Assembly: GCA_964426185.1 (NCBI GenBank)
Contig: CAYRPF010000040.1
Span: forward strand, 7,741 to 17,122
Length of the DNA: 9,382 bases
Source: an uncultured archaeon
GTDB lineage: Archaea; Asgardarchaeota; Lokiarchaeia; Sigyniarchaeales; Promethearchaeaceae
Direction: 5' to 3'
Made by a program: the position numbers and the translations under genes. Shown here piece after piece: positions 6,799-9,382 of the stretch. The number at the start of each line of letters is the position of its first letter. Positions within the stretch are counted from its first letter, which is position 1. Below the pieces are notes generated by a model that saw only the letters and a program-made list of their open reading frames with translations, did no database searches and had not been told where the DNA came from.

Positions 6799-8172
6799 CT
6801 AAAAAATCGTTTGCAAGAGCAATCCAAGGAAAAAGAGAATAATTCCAAAAATCATGGAAAAAGGCAAGGCTGGAAGCATGCGTTTTTTGGTTAAGAGTAA
6901 ATATAATGTTAAAAAAGCCCCAGCAATGACTCCAATTATGGTTAGTCCTGTCAATAACCAGCTACCATAACTAAGAAAAACATTCGCCACCAGCGCGGAG
7001 TAAAGAATAAGATCTCCTGAACCAAGCTCGATTTCAACGTGTTTGTAATCAATTTCTTTTCCTTCAGACTCTCGGATTTGGAGAGAAACAAATTGCTCGT
7101 AATTTGGGATTTGGTCAATGCCGATTTTTCCTTCATCAAGCATAGTCTGAAGCCGTTTATGCCTTTCCATCTGGTTATCTTGAATCATTTGCCCAATTTT
7201 TCCAAGCGGTCCTTTAAACACCGTAATCAAATCCCAAATTGAGAGAAAAATCGCAAATGCAAAAGTGGTCCAAGTAGGTAAAGAGATCCCGATAATTGAT
7301 CCCATAAAAATTGAATAGAACAACACAATTGCATTCCGCTGTCGTAAACTAAGTCTGTTTCCAAAGAAAAGAACCATTAAAACAATAAAAAGTAAGATAG
7401 AACCATAGAAAAAGCCTAAATATATCCCGTTGAACAGGGGGTTTTCTAAAATACTTGGAGGACCTTGCTCTGCATAAATGGTGAAAAACACCGTAATGAA
7501 AAACATGAAACCATACCAAGAATAGAAGAAAATAATTAATCCCATAATGATTTTGAAGGCAATCATTCCAAATTTTTTTATCAAAAAGTAAATCACGGTG
7601 ATAAAGATAGCAGATATCATTACAGGCATGAATCCGTTATACAAGATCTGCCAAAAATTCTCTTCATTTGGATATGGTGCCACATTAATATCAATATCTG
7701 CTTGGATTTTTGCTGCCCAGCCTAAAAAGGTAGCACACGTAATACTAATTAAAATTGGGATAAGAACATAAATAATCTTGACTCGAAATGTGCCTAATAA
7801 TTCTGTAAAACTAATCGGACCATCAGAATGTTTTTGTTTGCCACGATTTCTACGTAAGTTTTCAAGTCGATCTAATTCTTTGGATATTATGGAATCAATT
7901 TTACCTTTCAATTCTGTGCGCATTTCATCAGTTAAGGACAGGCTAAATTCAATTCCTACCAAATTATTGTATTTATTATAGATAGGATTTGCATGTAAAG
8001 GAATATTTTGAGCATGAAAGTCTGGAAAAACTTGTGCATCAAGAGAATGAAGTAGAATTTCCGCCAATTCACGAGATAAAGCATGTTTAAAACGAATAGT
8101 TGCTTCAGAATTGATTGAAGAATCAAGTATTTCATCACCCATCTCATTTAAATCATCGGGAATCTCGGCCAT
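6799..8172 (-). CDS. Presenilin-family intramembrane aspartyl protease (GxGD, peptidase family A22)
   Basis: About 9 TM segments. LSIWDL carries catalytic D314 and is followed by KGPL. ELGSGDLILYS carries catalytic D387. LPALPFS is the PAL motif at P434. Confidence 0.96.
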   Translation of the reverse strand: MAEIPDDLNEMGDEILDSSINSEATIRFKHALSRELAEILLHSLDAQVFPDFHAQNIPLHANPIYNKYNNLVGIEFSLSLTDEMRTELKGKIDSIISKELDRLENLRRNRGKQKHSDGPISFTELLGTFRVKIIYVLIPILISITCATFLGWAAKIQADIDINVAPYPNEENFWQILYNGFMPVMISAIFITVIYFLIKKFGMIAFKIIMGLIIFFYSWYGFMFFITVFFTIYAEQGPPSILENPLFNGIYLGFFYGSILLFIVLMVLFFGNRLSLRQRNAIVLFYSIFMGSIIGISLPTWTTFAFAIFLSIWDLITVFKGPLGKIGQMIQDNQMERHKRLQTMLDEGKIGIDQIPNYEQFVSLQIRESEGKEIDYKHVEIELGSGDLILYSALVANVFLSYGSWLLTGLTIIGVIAGAFLTLYLLLTKKRMLPALPFSMIFGIILFFLGLLLQTIF

Positions 8173-8196
8173 CTTATGTATTAATAATAAAAGCGC

Positions 8197-8211
8197 TTTA
8201 ATTAACTTCCC
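8197..8211 (-). promoter_or_regulatory. Candidate BRE/TATA promoter for a leaderless presenilin transcript
   Basis: Minus strand GGGAAG-TTAATTAAA occupies -39 to -25 relative to the ATG at 8172, the usual archaeal spacing. No SD is visible. Confidence 0.4.
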
Positions 8212-8564
8212 GCTTGTAGTTAAAAGGAATAACTAGATAAAATGAATAAAAGGAGAAAGCGAAAATCTAAAAAATGAAAGCTCGACGCGTCCCCTTCTTT
8301 TTTTTTCGCAAGACTTCCTTTAACGAAACAAAACTGATTCCCTAAAAGAGAATATTTGTTTGTTAAAAGATATGAAAGAAGGAATAAAGGTCTTTCAAAT
8401 TAGTCTCCGCAATCTCTATAATATTTATCTACCATTAATGTTTATTAAGTTTTTGCTCTAAAGTTAATAAAAGATGGCCCAAATTTGAATCGACCAAATC
8501 ATTTATGGATAAAATGAGAGTCAAAGAATATAATATATTTTAAAAAATTTACATATTATGGAAA

Positions 8565-9382
8565 TTAAAAAACTACCCCAACTTTTCGACAGATCCCACG
8601 AATTAATTCAAAGGGAACTATGCATCCGAACACCGCAAACCCGATAGAAACAATTAAATCCCATATGTGCAGAAATATAAGCTGAAATTTCAATCCAATA
8701 GAATATAGAAACACCTGCCATCCTGGAATATATATAATTGAAAATAATAAACCGAATAATATAAATGCTAAAAGAATTGTCACCCAATTCATGTCTTCTC
8801 GAAGTGTAGTTAATAAGCTTTTATTTGGTCTCCGTACTTGAATTGCCATGACAAATTCTGCAATAAAAATAGTGGTGGCCAACATGGTGAGCGTTTTAGC
8901 GGTTTTTAAGTCTGTATTCCCCCATAAATGAGCAGTTGCTTGGGTAAAAATATACTTGCTATCTAACGACCCATGAGAAAAATTAACTGAAAACATGGGA
9001 TAGATATCACTTGAAACAAGAAAATAGATACCAAACATAGTTGTCATCAAAAAAATCCCGTAACTGATTAAAAGAATCAAAAATTGGCGAGAAATAATTT
9101 CCTGTGAATCTCTAGGATGTCCTTTCATGACATCATCAGGAATTTTATCAAATGTTAAAATCATACCGGTTAGTGAATGAAGTGTAGCAGAAATAAGTAA
9201 AAACATCTGCAAAAATTCTGGATCAAACCAATAGGGTTTATCCAAGATAACGGAAAGAATTAAGTTAACTAATCCTTCAAAAATATTAATACATATAAAG
9301 AAAAATACAACAGATCGAATGTTAGCAAAAATTCCTCTCCCACGACGGATACCTTCGGTTATAGAAATAAAGGAATCATCAG
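8565..9382 (-). CDS. Cation-transporting P-type ATPase (P2-like), C-terminal part M5-M10; the gene starts beyond the window edge
   Basis: The frame is open from 9380 and reads DDSFISITEGIRRGRGIFANIRSVVFFFICINIFEG, matching the P2 DDNF...EGR.I..NI motif. It continues with DVMKGHPR, AKTLTML and IIYIPG..VF. The ORF-track start at 9245 is an internal TTG. Confidence 0.93.
   Translation of the reverse strand, partial: DDSFISITEGIRRGRGIFANIRSVVFFFICINIFEGLVNLILSVILDKPYWFDPEFLQMFLLISATLHSLTGMILTFDKIPDDVMKGHPRDSQEIISRQFLILLISYGIFLMTTMFGIYFLVSSDIYPMFSVNFSHGSLDSKYIFTQATAHLWGNTDLKTAKTLTMLATTIFIAEFVMAIQVRRPNKSLLTTLREDMNWVTILLAFILFGLLFSIIYIPGWQVFLYSIGLKFQLIFLHIWDLIVSIGFAVFGCIVPFELIRGICRKVGVVF

Noticed and set aside
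6951-8147. Four 62-67-aa ORFs overlapping the presenilin
   Set aside because: Alternative-frame or antisense ORFs within a well-supported gene.
8173-8564. tRNA or SECIS element in the long intergenic region
   Set aside because: No cloverleaf or convincing stem is visible, and the visible coding regions of the neighbouring genes have no in-frame TGA.
9243-9245. ORF-track start giving a standalone 226-aa membrane protein
   Set aside because: The frame stays open to the window edge and encodes P-type ATPase motifs, so this TTG is an internal Leu.

Overview
AT-rich, gene-dense chromosomal window with archaeal features (a DUF211 gene, TATA/BRE-like promoters, oligo-T terminators). An Asgard (Lokiarchaeia-like) origin is plausible but inferred only from gene content and composition. 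From right to left on the minus strand: the 3' part of a P2-like P-type ATPase whose M6 ion-site residues appear substituted, then a strongly eukaryote-like presenilin (GxGD intramembrane aspartyl protease). A cytoplasmic GH13 alpha-amylase-family enzyme lies on the plus strand. It is divergent from a minus-strand run of two MacB/FtsX-type permeases, a LolD/MacB-type ATPase, a single-pass type I membrane protein, a small 4-TM protein and a DUF211 protein. The most notable items are the presenilin, which aligns by eye with eukaryotic PSEN across most helices yet lacks the PEN-2 and APH-1 contact elements, a nearby type I protein whose TM segment resembles gamma-secretase substrates, and the atypical ATPase. 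Short duplications sit at two gene starts and one gene end. No rRNA, tRNA, CRISPR array or mobile element was recognised.
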